Numbered from the whole stretch's first letter, positions 12,501-27,445 are shown. The stretch is 63,919 bases of DNA, filler included, from Octopus bimaculoides (GCF_001194135.2; 5 parts of 4 records of this genome joined end to end with filler, not necessarily neighbours in it), one strand, 5' to 3'. Made by a program: numbers and translations. The notes: generated by a model from the sequence alone, not told the origin.

Positions 12501-13535
12501 TGCACATTGATATCGAACAGTGAGAATGAGTGTTCAACCCTGCATTGGTGAATAAATATCATGTTTTCATCCAAAATGGAGAGGATCATCAGCACTGCAT
12601 GTGATAGGATCGAGGATTGTTAAGTGTTATGCGACAACTCTCCTGACATGAAACCAATGGTCACTTGACTAACCCACAAATACAAAAACAGCACATATAT
12701 ATATATATATATATAGCAACATTGCTATTTCTAATTGTTTCCAGGCTATTATATCCTCTTCAGTCACATCAATAACAATACCCACTGCCTAATTAATTAA
12801 AGTAATTTTTGTTGAGTTTTTACTGTTGAATGCTCTTCCTGACATCCTTTGGCTTTCTCCTCCTCCTCATCATCATCATCATCATCTTCATCATCGTCAT
12901 CCTCTTTGTGTCATTGTCACTGTCTTTGCTTTTGTTGTATGCACCACTCTTCCTCCCATCCAACCTCATCCCGCCCATCCATTTTCTTTATATGTTGGGG
13001 AGCAGATTTGACGAGATGGATATTTTTTTCCTTTTTTTTTTGTTGTTGTTTTATTTTTAAACTCAGCTTCTTCACTGATTCATTTCCATGACAACACCAT
13101 TTACCAAAAATAAGGAAAAACACTTACACACACACACACACAAACATACACACACACACACACACACACACGCATATACATACACACAGTCACATACATT
13201 ATACATATATATATGCATATATAATGCATATATATATATATGTACGAGTGTATGAACATACCCACACACACATACATCTTAAATCCCACTTGCGCTAATT
13301 TGGCCATTTATGCTTCTGAGCAGCAAGGTTGGGGNNNNNNNNNNNNNNNNNNNNNNNNNNNNNNNNNNNNNNNNNNNNNNNNNNNNNNNNNNNNNNNNNN
13401 NNNNNNNAGGATTCTGCGTTCTGTTTGTGGGGGCTAGGGATTGGGGGCTATGATTGGCTCAGGGTTGTTCTTTGGAGTATCCCTGCAGAAGCGGTGATGT
13501 TTTACAAGAGTGTGTGTGCGTAAGTGTAAGTATAC

Positions 13536-13586
<51 letters not shown>

Positions 13587-14814
13587 TGTGTATGCATATA
13601 TATGAATATATATGTATATATATACATATTTATGTATATCTATACATATATATATGCATATATATATATATATACATTTATATATACAAATGTATATATA
13701 TATATGCATATATATATATATATATATATGTATATACATATATATATTTATGATATATATATATATATATATACACATAAATATGTATATATTTATAAAT
13801 ATATATATATATACATATGTGTGTACATTTGTATGCATATATGAATGTATATGTATATAAACGTATATATAGATATATAAATATAAATATACATATCTAT
13901 ATACGTATATAAAGGTGTGTGCGTATGTATGTGTATATATATATGTGTGTGTGTGTGTAATGTATGTATAGCAATTCATTCATCAAAACAAATTCAAACA
14001 TCTGGTAGTTCAGGTGTGCTCCCGCCCCAGCTGTAGCTTCACATCACACCTTAATATTGTGACGGATATTTCATATTTTTCTTGCCATAGCTCAGCATTA
14101 CACATACTCAATGCTCAGAAAAAAATTACTCTCAACACTCACTCACATTAATCACACTCAACACTTACACTCAATATTCACACTCATTATTCATGCTCAA
14201 TTCTTACCTACATCCTTACGCTCAGTCTGGAACTCATATTCACTCATATTCAGTGCTCATTCTCATTACCTCTGCTCAAATGTCACTCTTTCACATTCAG
14301 TATCCACACTCAAATCTTACACTCAACACTCATGCTTGCTTTGACTGCCTCCCCTCAACCTACCATTCTCTTCCGCTTACTCTTTCTCCTTTAGTCTCCC
14401 TTCCCTCTCCTGTTACTCTCTCTCCGTGTCTCCTCTCTCTCTATCTCTCTCTTCCCTCTCCCTCCCACTTTCCACCCCTCAGTCTCGTCCTCTCACTCCT
14501 ATTCCTCCTCTCACACTCCTCTTCCCCCCCTCTCTCTCTCTCTCTTTCCCTTTACCTTTCAATCACTCCTTTCTCATTTCATGGATGCATTTCTGTTTCT
14601 GGCTACCTCGTTCTTTCATTCGTTTGCTACCTCGTTCTTTCATTCGTTCGCTACCCCAATCTTTCATGCTTCTTTATTCACTGCCCATACCTTTCATTCG
14701 CTACCTCACTCTTTCATTCATTCATTCATAGCTGTGCCTCAATCATTCTCAGACAATTCACTCTTTCAGTGTCTCATACTTTCATGCAATTATATAAAAC
14801 TACACTCAACCTCT

Positions 14815-15429
14815 CACTCGACATTCCTCTTCACATTCAAGCTGTTACTCAACATTCCTTCACACACTGAAACAGTCACTCAACATTCCTTCCCATACTC
14901 AAGCTCTCACTCAACTTTCCTTCCTATATTAAAACACACACTCATCATCCTTTCTCACACTTAAGCTCCCACTTGACATTCCTTCCCACTTTCAAACACT
15001 TACTCAACATTCTTTTTCATACTCAAACCTTCACTCAGCATTCCTTCCCATACTCAAGCTCTCACTTGACATTTCTTCCAACACTAAAACCCTCACTTCA
15101 TAATCCTTCTCACACTTGAGTTCTCAATTGACATCAGTTCCCACACTCAAACTCTCACTCAACATTCTTTTCCATTCTCGAGCCTCCATTCAGCATTATT
15201 TCCTACACTCCAACTCACACTCAACATTCTTCTCCATACTCGAGCCTCCATTTAGCATTATTTCCTACACTCCAACTCTCACTCAACATTCTTCTCCATA
15301 CTCAAGCCTCCATTCAGCTTTACTTCCCACACTCAAACTCTTGCTCGACATTCCTTCCAAAATTCAAACTCTTACTCGACATTTCTTCCCACACTCAAGC
15401 TTTCACTCGACATTCCTTCCCACCCTCAA
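14815..15429. repeat. 31-bp minisatellite, ~20 units
   Basis: Unit consensus near cactcaacattccttcccatactcaagctct; exact 31-bp register from 14815; G-poor on the + strand. Confidence 0.9.
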
Positions 15430-15748
15430 TCCATGGCCCTGCTCCCAACGAGCCCATGTAGCAATCCCTCAATCAAAGTCTATCTGGTGGCAGGCTTTCC
15501 TTTGCGATTTCACTTATTCTCTTTCACTCTCACTCCATCCTCTTGCTCATACTCCTTTTCACCTATACTCCTTTTCACCAACTTGGTCGTCATCCTCCTC
15601 AATTCATTTAACATACTCACACACACACGCACACACACAGATGTGTGTACACGTGTGTGCATGTGTGGCTTAGTATGTGTGCGTACATGTGTACATAAAC
15701 GCATGTACACATGCAGCATATACGTCTATGAATGTATTCCACTCTAGG

Positions 15749-15840
<92 letters not shown>

Positions 15841-16085
15841 TTGTACTTTTATATATGTGTTTACATATATATATGTAAATGTATATGCATATATATATAT
15901 ATATATACATATTGAGTGTAAATACATATATACATACATGTGTGTATATAAATACATATGCACATGCATATGAATAGAATATGTGTGTAAACATAGATGT
16001 ACATAGATTTATACACACAGGAATTCTTGTAAATACCATATTTGATTACTTAAGTATACACACATACACACACATATATATAGGC

Positions 16086-16124
<39 letters not shown>

Positions 16125-16137
16125 TATTTATATCTAT

Positions 16138-16171
<34 letters not shown>

Positions 16172-16399
16172 ATATGAGGGGTGGGTTGCATTTGTGTGTG
16201 AACACACTTATATTTGTATACGCAAATACTTACAAATATAAGTATATGCGTGATCATACATACACAATTATATTTTCAGATACACACATACACACACACA
16301 CAGACATATATATATATGTATGTGTGTGTGTATGTATGTATGTATCTGATGCTACCTGATACATGTTGCGAAACAAGTATAATGTTAGCAAATGTAAGA

Positions 16400-16454
<55 letters not shown>

Positions 16455-16498
16455 NNNNNNNNNNNNNNNNNNNNNNNNNNNNNNNNNNNNNNNNNNNN

Positions 16499-16510
16499 TT
16501 AATTAATTAA
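16499..16510. other. Assembly gap linker TTAATTAATTAA (also 45677-45688, 58976-58987, 62285-62296)
   Basis: Identical 12-mer centred in N runs of about 44 nt each side at four places; technical scaffolding spacer. Confidence 0.9.
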
Positions 16511-17126
16511 NNNNNNNNNNNNNNNNNNNNNNNNNNNNNNNNNNNNNNNNNNNNATATGGTAAACATTGAGAGCTGCTCATTTTGCGCCTTTGACAATCT
16601 TTATTTTTGTCACAAGGCTGACAGATCTATTTCTTTATTCTAGTACATTTTGCGCTTTATAAGGTATTTATAAATCGTTTCTTGCTATTTTTATTTAGAG
16701 TTGGATAAGTCGGGCTGGACAAGCTACCGCTGAAATTTCAAATGTGTATTGACAATATGGGAGTATACTTTGATGAATAAAACTATTCCTTGTATTTGTA
16801 GAACATTAGCAAACTTGTTTTTCTTTTCTACAAATTTCATACTTGACGACCTAATATAGAAGAACACTATATATATATATATATATATGCACGCTGCTGT
16901 TTCTACTAGGTCTCTCGCTGTTACATCAATAATAATTGTGACTACGAAAGAAACATCAACACATGTCCAGAGGTGATGTTCAATTAAAAAGGTAAACGAT
17001 GTAAAAATGGACTGAGAATCCATAGCAAATCTATCCACACGAGAAAGAACGGTGAGCGAATAACCACAAATACTTTGAAAAAGTTGATTTATGATTTGCA
17101 CACGCGAGAATGTGCGTATATAGACG

Positions 17127-17129
<3 letters not shown>

Positions 17130-17215
<86 letters not shown>

Positions 17216-17217
17216 AA
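17130..17217. repeat. Compound (AAT)n(GAT)n microsatellite
   Basis: Read directly; representative of the many (AT)n, (AC)n, (AAT)n, (TATG)n and (TCTA)n tracts across the window. Confidence 0.95.
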
Positions 17218-20200
17218 TAGAAACTATTCATGGTCTGTAATGGAATCACGTCCAAAGATAACAGCACAACATATATATTGACAACTGTATTTTCAAGAAC
17301 ATGTTTTTTTTTGTTTTTTTGTTTTTTTGTGAACGAAGTGTCACTCCAAAAAATGTATCTCTTGAATAAAAAAAGCAAATATTTAGGAAAGGAAAAATAT
17401 AAAGAATGTAAGAGATGTTGCAGTGAATGCATGCACGAATAACTGCAACAAATTCTCATTCCTCAGAACGCCGACTTTCTAGAAATCCCTTCCTCTTCAT
17501 GGTTTTGCTGCAGTCCACGATTTGTAACGGTTTTAAACATTAACTGCCTAGATCTCTTCGTTACTAAAGATCATTTAATTGATATAGACAAAATAATATT
17601 CTTATAGTAAGCTAATATAAAATATTTCAAAATACTCTACAACACAATGAGGTATCCAGAACTGTACAAAAAGAGATTTTTGATCAGTAAATTTACTTCT
17701 ATGAATGCGACCCTCCTCATTCTCTACCGTCCCAGCCTTTGTTTTATTACACCACCTTCAAATTCTTTGATGAAGCGAGCTAACTGGATTACCTCACGCG
17801 TAACTATCCCGTTCCCTCCTAGTAACTGTGACCCATCCACAGGCTATGCAATGAACACTTTCCTATTTCTCGGCGACTTAGAACTCCTAGTATGATTTCC
17901 TACCCAGCTTTTTAAAATTCTGCCTTCTTCCAGCGTTAGTTTAAACAATATTTTCACAACGATCTCATTAGGCCGATGACTTTCCTGACTAGTTACAGAA
18001 TTTATGTTAATAAAACATTAGTCACAATATTTGATATATACAGTAACCTGCTGCTTTTTCTAATATCATGCAAAACTAAATATAGATGTTTTCCCATTTG
18101 TTGAAAGAGATGCAGATGACATAGCATTTTCTGTTTTCTAGAGTATTTAAACTATCAGTATTTTTCATCCTTCCATATTCATATAATTCATATTTTATAA
18201 TGTGAAGTGAAATAAATATATTTTCCTTCCATATTTCGATCAGACTTGTTTATAATCAATGTCAATGCGGTAAAAATAATACAAAATGCATGCAAACATC
18301 GATGTAAATGAATTCAAGGAGAATAATATATGACATGCATCGCATCTATGTTTTATTAAATTAACGTGTAGTACGGAGATATATCATCATGACATTTCGA
18401 GACAGTGAGTAGGCGTTTTGTTATTGCTAAGAAATATTGTATTAAAAAGAGTGCTACAAAAATGTTCTAGATTATTCATTTTAAACATTTTCACAAATTA
18501 TTTTTAACAATTCGAAATGGAATTTTTAAAATACCATGCATTCTTTTCGTTGTGTGATTTCAGAGTGGATTATGAAAATATCTTTTATAAACTTCGTATA
18601 TTTTTATAGATTTTATGATATGAGTATATTTTAACTGTTTCTCAAAGTTATGTTATAAATGCTAACAGGAGTTCAGATTTGGCCGAAACATCTACAGTTC
18701 ATGCATCATTAATGGCAGATAAATTTGCAACGTGTAATCTATCTTGATGAAAGCATGCCAAATTACGTAAGTTTCGCAACTCCGAACTGCAGGGAAGTTT
18801 TCGTATCAACATAATCAATATCCAAATGAGTGATGTGATACTTACTCGTCATTGCACTCTTGAATAACTAATATATTGAAAATTTAAAATCATATCGTCA
18901 TTTAGTTGCTAGCTTCTGGGATATTTCTCAAATATCGAAACACATTTAACTACTCTTTAGAAACAAGGTTTCAACATGGTGTCTGTTAATCAACAAAAAT
19001 TATGTAGTGTCTGAACCTATACAATCAGAGTATGCGCGTTCCACTAAGAGAGCCCAGCTATTTGATTTATGCCCTTTTATGACTCAGGAGAGATAGAGGA
19101 AATTGAGTCTGTAGTTCAAGATGTGGGGAGTTTGTATGATCAAAATTGTTTACGATGCTGTCTATTAAAAGGGAGTTAAAACGTGGTGTTAATATATCCT
19201 AAAGACAAAACAGAATGATATTTCTGAATAAGTGAATTAGCAATCACAAATTTATAGACATTTGACTGCTCCGCCCTAGAGAAGTGCGTCAAGCCTCGGC
19301 CAGTTTCGTAAAATATAATTACAAGAGCAGTATGGGGCAAGGATAACCGTTTATAGGAAACGAAGTTCTAGACTAACCTTCAGTTGCTTTCAGCCGGGGA
19401 AAGCGAAAGTTCATAAAAAGAAAAGATGAAAGCGGATGACCCGTCATGTATGAGAACGAGAATGTTGAGGATAGCGAATTGTAGATGCCGGATAGCTTAC
19501 TAGAAATTCAATGACACAGAAATACGGGCTGGAACTGGTGAAACTGGGACAGTATAGTACAGTATATTGATAGGGTGATCGTTGGATAGAGATATCTAAA
19601 ACTCCAGTATTTGGTGTCGGTATACACCATAACTGTTTTTTTCCGATTTGAAGATCGTATGCGTTTCCTCTATTATTTGGTATAAATTCATCTCGTTACA
19701 AAATGAAGATTGGAAATACAATTTTTAAAACTTCAAATAGAGGTTCAGTTGGTTAAAGTACAAACTTCATCAGCCATGAGTAAACAATCGATTTTTGTTG
19801 TTGGTAATATGATTTTAAACAGGTTTTTCTACAATTGTATGCGGGTGGAGTATAAATACAAATGATTGTTGAAAGATAGGATATAAAGGAAACAAGAAAA
19901 ATGATGCAAACTGACATATTTGTTGAAAATACAGAACTATCCTAACGTTTTCGTTATGATTTGAGAAGTGAATAGGAAATAGATATAAGTATACAAATAA
20001 TAAGCGATAGCATCAGTTTCTTCATCAAACATTATGTCTTCTTCGGAGTCGATGCTAAAACGTTTCTTTCAATATATTGACGGTCGATTATTTTTAATTG
20101 TTTTTCGACGTGGTTTTTTGCGAAGTTGTTAATAATTCAAAGGACATTTAAAATAAAGCAAATCCATTCATTCAATAGTTAAAAAAGTAATTGCAAAATT

Positions 20201-23200
20201 TCGTTTGTAAAATAAACATTCTAGAATCTCTTGATAATGGCAAACATTTTCACATACGAAACTCTTGCATTGAGATAATTGTTTTAAAACAAGTTATTGT
20301 TGCTGCCTCATGATTATTCTTGATTAAAATATGATTTCGTGATTGAATTTTAAACGCTAGCTGCATAAATAACGTATTTATGCAAGTAACCTCGAATACA
20401 ACATCGATAATAACATATTCCGGTGTATGAAAGCAAAATATCACGTTTATATTATATTTTGCCACTTAGAAGACAAGAATTATGCAGATATATATTTAAA
20501 GAAATTGTCAACTTCTATAGCTTCTACTTCAGAAACAACTTGAGATATAATTTGGATTACAAAAAAAACAATGTTTCTTTAAAATGTAAATTTGTGTTAA
20601 TTAGCGGTCATGTTGTATTGTTATTCTTGAATATTTCCATCACATTATCCAGCTGACCAGCATAATTAGTCAAAAGCTTGAATTATCTTTATTTGAACAA
20701 TCAACATGTGAGCTCACCAGTAGTCTGAAGAAGTTATAAATACTAATGGATATGTGATGCTTTCACACCATCAGGGAGAAAATTTAATGAATAAATTGAA
20801 ATGAAATTATCTAACGGTTGTTGAGAATGCGCTGGGTAAAATATTGATTGAAATGTGAATACTTTATGTAATTCTTCATACCAATAACTGTAGAGGAGGG
20901 ACATACTCAATTAAGTCACACATTATAAAACTTTGTGCCTATAGCAAAGATGACTGAGGTGGGAATTTCTTTACAAAACATGAAACATACTTCGTAACTA
21001 TAATCATCAGGCATTTTTTCCGATATTCAACCGTTTCCGCAAGCAGATGGAAGTAAAAATTATCATGTACATCACTCTTATTTTTCTTTCAACCTTTAAA
21101 ATTTAACCTGTAGAAGGTTGTGATTCATTTATCATTGTAGTTACATAAGTTTTTGTGTAGCCAATGATTTTCCTATTCCTAGAAATAGATGGTCATCGAC
21201 CTTCTAGCAGTGACAAATTCAGCTTTTCAGAAAGAGTTCTATTTGCTTTAGACAAAATTCTTTCTTGTGTTAGATACAATGTTAGATTGATTTGGGTTCT
21301 ATTTCTAGCCGGTCACGTAACCGAGATGGGAATTTTCTGATGAAACCAATTCATAATTAAGTGAGTATGTAATTGCTTATTTTTCCTCTTTGTATTTCGT
21401 GCATGGTTGTATATGCAGTTAATATTAGTACGTCTGGCAATGCTGCGTTGTTTTGCAGCTTTAATTTGGGCAAATAATACAGGATATCTCATATTTACAC
21501 TGATGAATTTGTTTTACCCTTTTAAGTTTGTTTTTCTCTCATTTTCAAATGTAATAATATTTAACCAAAAACAAAAAAATAAATAAAACAGAATTAAAAA
21601 CAAAACAAAACACAAAAACATAAAGGAATGTGGTGTTGATTTCAATATTGAAGTAATGATAATTCTATAACTTGACCGTACAACACAGTTATGTTCCGTC
21701 TCCTGCCGCAAAATTAGTACATTTCTGTATGCTGACGTCAGATGGATTGGTAGAGGAAGGACAGTACTGAAACGAAGGGCTCTGAAAGATTATCTACATA
21801 GCAGATTGTTGTATATTGTTCGTAATTTCAAATAACCTGCGTATATATGTATAAAATTAACTCTTCTTTAAAAGCCTTATTTTGTTTTGCTTTTTAAAGA
21901 CCACTAAGGAAAATGTTTGACAAAGATTTTCTGAATACTTCCGAATTTCAAAGATCGGGTCTTCTGACGACAGGGTCTATTTAAATTGCACAAAGCTGTA
22001 TTACCGCTCAAGGTTTACTAGTGACTAAGTCTTTCAATTTTTAACGAAGCTGTTCTCGGGACCGTTTTGTGAAACGTGTTCTGCAGAGAAAACTGATAAT
22101 AGTGTTATCTGACTACTGTAAAATTCTGAAGAGAATGAAATGTTAGAGCTCCAAATAATGGTTATACATATTCGAGCTAAACTTTCATCTGTGCTAATAT
22201 TGTCTTTATCGAACGGGTAGTTTGCAAAGAACCTTCGAATTCCTTTTTTATCGTTGACGCGGTGACAGCGCTAGTCATTGATGTTTATAAACACAAATTT
22301 CAAATCGCAGCGTCTGCCTTTCGGGTCTTTGTTGCTGAAGAGGAGACAACCACTCAGAAATACATGCATCCAACTGTCTCGTTACATAGAGTTTGTGAAT
22401 TAACTTTACACCTATTGTATTTACACCAATTTGTCTACAGCAAGAAATTTTCTCCATGACAAAATACGGTGAATCGCTTTGTTAAGGGTTCGAATATGAC
22501 TCAAACATACTTGCATTGTAACAAGTTTGTGATTATTTTGCTCCTCTCCCAAAGCTGCAATATTTATGAAATCGCTTGGATTACTCGGAATAGATGTAAT
22601 GCAGACGAATATAGCATGTTTTAAAGAAGCCAAATTTAGCTATATATCTATTAGCTGCTAATCGGTGTTAACAAAATAAGTAACTTGTTTGTGCTGGGAT
22701 CGTTACAGTCGCTTATACAATTATGCTATGCATTTGTGCAACAATAGTAGAAATCAATATAATTTGTATTTAGGCTTTGACAGCAAATTTAACAATACTT
22801 ACGCAGCAATCGTTCTTTTCGTGAGAAAGTGTAGTATTATAACAGGTGTTTCTCTTGTGTAAATGCATGCACATTAGGTTCAATAATAGTTACATAAGAT
22901 TGTATAAGCCCAAAGGTTCATTATGTAGTGCACACAATGAAAATGACTCATCATTTCTTGAAATAGCCACTGCCAAATAAATCTTTACGAGACAGGGAAA
23001 ATCACGAGGTATTCATTGAATGTACTACTTAAGATGTACTCAGAAATATAGCTTGTTCAGTCAAGTACAACCAAATATATACTATAATCATACAGGATAT
23101 ATAACCAATAAAGCTATAGCTTTTAGGAAAATTTCATTAGTTACACTATACTTTATACTTGGTACATAGATAAAATATACTTTGTGCATGTGCAGATTCA

Positions 23201-23484
23201 TTTTTGCTTAAACATATGCACATTAATATGTGCAACAAGAACCTCATATGTCTGCATATGAATATACCTACCTACCTACCTACCTACCTACCTACCTACC
23301 TACCTACCTGCCTACATACATACATACATACCTACGTATATATTCATACACACACACATATATACACTTGTATGTATGTACATATATCTATTGTATATAT
23401 GAATGTATGTACGCATGTATGTGCATGCATGTACATATGCATGTGTGTGTTCACAGAAAGAAAATGTCAGTGATCAGAGGGTAG

Positions 23485-23516
<32 letters not shown>

Positions 23517-24123
23517 AGCACATCTATATACATATATATATANNNNNNNNNNNNNNNNNNNNNNNNNNNNNNNNNNNNNNNNNNNNNNNNNNNNNNNNNN
23601 NNNNNNNNNNNNNNNNNNNNNNNNNNNNNNNNNNNNNNNNNNNNNNNNNNNNNNNNNNNNNNNNNNNNNNNNNNNNNNNNNNNNNNNNNNNNNNNNNNNN
23701 NNNNNNNNNNNNNNNNNNNNNNNNNNNNNNNNNNNNNNNNNNNNNNNNNNNNNNNNNNNNNNNNNNNNNNNNNNNNNNNNNNNNNNNNNNNNNNNNNNNN
23801 ATATGTATGTATGTATGTGTGAGTGTGTGAGCGTGTGTGTGTGTTAGATAAACAATGCATACCTGGCCTAATATTCATTATTAATACTAGGAAGCGAAAA
23901 TGCTATAGATATCCTACGTATTTCTTTCTGCGTATGAACAAAATCTAATAAAATTTCAAATACTGCAAAAAATACTACAATTACTCTCTCGCATAACAAT
24001 GCATTGCATATACGGTGCTTACTAAATATCTACATTTGAAAATAATTTAAACTATATACATACATAGGTAATACATACATAGAAACATACATACATACAT
24101 ACATGTACATACATACATGTACA

Positions 24124-24182
<59 letters not shown>

Positions 24183-24183
<1 letters not shown>

Positions 24184-25676
24184 AATAAGGGCAACAGAAA
24201 AAAATGTCTATGCCAGTATGCTGAGAAATAGACTTTGTATCGTCAATCACCACATACAATATTTTTCTCTATAAATATACAGTATGTTGAAAACGAGGAA
24301 AGAAAGCTAAGAGAAATTATTTTTAAATTTCGTTATCATCGAATCGGACCGATTTCTGAATTAATCCATATAGGATTTTTCCTTCGACAGCAGAGAATAC
24401 GGTAATAAATAAATGGGATACTTACATATATCCATGGAAAAAGCAGATGCAAAGTCATGTGTACACTGAAGTACAATAAATATATCCAAATGGAAATTCT
24501 GTAGCAAGCCTCAACGCACGTGTAAACGGTTAGGAAACTCCATGTAGACTGGGCAGTGAATGGTAATAAATTTACTTCTGTTATATGATAATATTTTTCC
24601 AAAAAATTTCATTAGTGGCCAGCATATTAAAATACCAACACGTGTGTTGAGGCTTGCTACTGAATTTCTATTTGGATATATTTGGGGTACTTAAGTGTAG
24701 GCATAACTTTGTATCTGCTTTTCCCCTGGGTATTTGTAATTACCCCATTTATTATTGTAATTATCCCATTTATTTCTTATCGTGTTCTCCACTGACGAAG
24801 GAAAAATCCTCTATGGATTTTGTGTCGACGCCTCCAGACGATGAAGTAGGCTAGCCCAATACGTAGATATAGAGGGAGAAGTCTAGACGTCGTGGTAGTT
24901 GAGTAGAGGTATCCGAACATGCTATATAACAATGGATTAATCCAGAACTCGGTCCGATTCGGTGATAACGAAATTTTAAGAACAGGCTGTGTATTTATAG
25001 TGGAAAATATTGTATTTGGTGACTGACGATATAAAGTCTGTTTCCCAGCACATTGGCACAGAAACGTTTCTCTTTGCCCTTATTTATAATTATTTATAAT
25101 TTTCACCTTATAAGATATTTCAATATGCTGGCCACTGATGAAAATTAAAAAAAAATTATCCTATATCAGAAATAAATATCCTATATCAGAAATTTATTAC
25201 CATTCACTTCGGGACTGCTACCCACTCTACGTGAGTTTCCTGGCCGATTATACGTGTGTTGAGGCTTGCTACGGAATTTCTATTTGGATATATTTGGGGT
25301 GCTTAAGTGTACAAATGACTTTTCATCTGCTTTTTCCATGGGTATATGTAAGTATCCCATTTATTTCTTATCGTGTTCTCCACTAACGAATGAAAAATCC
25401 TTTATGGATTAATTCAGAAATCGGTCCGATTCGTTGATAACGAAGTTTAAAAAAAATTCTGTTAGCTTGCTTTCCTCGTCTTCAACACGCAGTGTAAATT
25501 TAGTGAAAAATATTGTATGTGGTGATTGACGATATAAAGTCAGTTTCGCAGCATATTGGCAAAGAATCTTTTCTTTTGCTCCTATTTATAATTACTCATA
25601 ATTTTCACATTATAAGGTATTTTAATATGCTGGCAACTGTTGAAATATTCTGAAAAAATTATCCTATATCAGAAAT
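24183..25676. repeat. ~502-bp satellite array: one inverted unit (24183-24636) followed by direct units running into a gap
   Basis: atatgctgg anchors at 25123 and 25625 (period 502); cgtgtgttgaggcttgctac at 24641 and ~25253; 24183-24636 is the reverse complement of the unit. Confidence 0.88.
24820..24931. mobile_element. 112-bp insertion with 7-bp TSD (atggatt) in one satellite unit
   Basis: atggatt at 24813-24819 and 24932-24938; the sister units (~25403; reverse complement ~24365) carry a single atggatt and no insert. Confidence 0.8.
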
Positions 25677-25729
25677 NNNNNNNNNNNNNNNNNNNNNNNN
25701 NNNNNNNNNNNNNNNNNNNNNNNNNNNNN

Positions 25730-25774
<45 letters not shown>

Positions 25775-27277
25775 TGTGAATAAATTGTCGTCTAAATCAC
25801 ACGAAAATGAAAATAACACTGATATCTCATTTTAACAGATATATTTATCAAAATTACATAAAAATATCTTCAATTACTAAAGAATAAATTCATTCAATAA
25901 AATCGCCATTGGCTTCAACCATTTCGTTGTACTTAAATAATTTTATTGTTAAACATTTGGAACATCAGATAGAGTAACGATATTGATATATTTGATTATC
26001 TTTCAGTTAATATATTGCGTGTCGATGCATCTCATAAGTATTGAAATACTGATGTAAGTTGTTAACAAATACTCGCTTTATGATAGCAGACGAAACATTG
26101 GTCAGTTTATCCCAGAATCATAAAATCGCTATGTCTATAGCATGACTGATGGATAATGAGTCTTTATATTTTGAGCATCATATCAACTGGAACATTTTTG
26201 TGAAGAAAATGAATGATTATTCTTAAACGAATACCAGCAAATATATTTCTCATCCACTAATCTCTTCGTTCTAAATGTCAGTAATTAAGATACATAGATA
26301 TTATATAAATCTCATTGGCACCCTTTGATAAAATACGAAGATTCTTCTTTGTTTAGTGTATCTAAACAGGTTGATCACATCTCACATCAATCAAATATTA
26401 TATTGAAAAGAGATAATGAGATGGTCAACAGAAAACTATACAACACTTCAATGGCGAACATTGATAACATTTTTATCGGTGGAAATTGCCATGTAAAGCA
26501 ATTTCTTCGACACATCACAGCTTGACCGTCTGTGTACCACGATAGCAGGATACGGTTTCAGAAAAAAAATCAATATTTATATAAAATTATCATGATGTTC
26601 ATTAATGCAATTTGTTTTAGAGATAGCGAATAGTTTTTTTTTTATGCAAATATATTAATGGATAAGGAAGAGAGAATCTTGGATTTGTAAAAGAACGAGC
26701 ATTGATTTTCTTAAAATATTTTAAAATCTCTCTAATTTACCTTATGGCATTGTACTGATTTCTTTTTATGTATATTTTCATTCACTTAAATCTATATCGG
26801 CATCAAATGAAATACAGAAATGAACATGTAGATAAACAAATAGTTTTAGCTGCATCCAGTTAATAATTAGTTTACTAGAAATGCAAAGGAAATTGCTGCC
26901 AGCAATGTGCTAATTAGCACGAAGAATTTGAACCAAAATACAAACACAGATGCATACATACATTCAAACGTACATACATACATACATACATACATAGGTA
27001 TGTATGTATATATATGGTTGTACGTGTACGTGTATGTACCATATGTGTGTAATGAAAATTAAAGATTATATGTGTGTGTATAGAAATACATTTTTCGCTG
27101 TGCAATTCCAGTATAATAACTGCGAACTTTTAAAGCCACACAAATGCATACATTTAAGCAAATAGACGGAAGCATTTACAAACAAAAATATATACACATA
27201 CGAAAATTCTGCCTTAAGTGTACGGNNNNNNNNNNGAAAAAAACAACAACAACAGCAACAACAATATCAATAATTAA

Positions 27278-27310
<33 letters not shown>

Positions 27311-27320
27311 TAATAATAAT

Positions 27321-27445
27321 AGTTCAGGACTGAAAGTAGAGACTGGAGGTTTCATATTGCCGGCACAAGACCAAAGCTTGCTCACAAAAGACTACCATGC
27401 TAACGCTCTTCAAAAGGCTTCTAGCCCTAAATGCAGGTTTCTGAG
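27321..27445 (+). mobile_element. R4/Dong-like (RLE-type) non-LTR retrotransposon fragment
   Basis: SGLKVETGGFILPAQDQSLLTKDYHANALQKASSPKCRF resembles the GLKxETEGFIxAAQDQxLxTRNY...CRxC block that precedes the zinc knuckle in R4/Dong proteins. Confidence 0.7.

Noticed and set aside
14815-15429. Regular 31-bp units as a CRISPR-like array
   Set aside because: Units are contiguous with no unique spacers, in eukaryotic context with no cas genes.
6500-17459. Dozens of ORFs made of YI, CV, HT, poly-N/I/L or X runs (also elsewhere in the window)
   Set aside because: Translations of di- and trinucleotide microsatellites and N gaps.
17460-23200. Microsatellite-poor stretch, possibly exons or transposase/LINE remnants (e.g. 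17700-17890, 19060-19600, 21900-22480)
   Set aside because: No ORF with a recognisable motif or consistent splice signals by eye; needs a translated homology search.
24785-24820. CTGACGA-AGG...CCT hairpin in the satellite unit
   Set aside because: Not followed by GAAA, and the core is not conserved in sister units.
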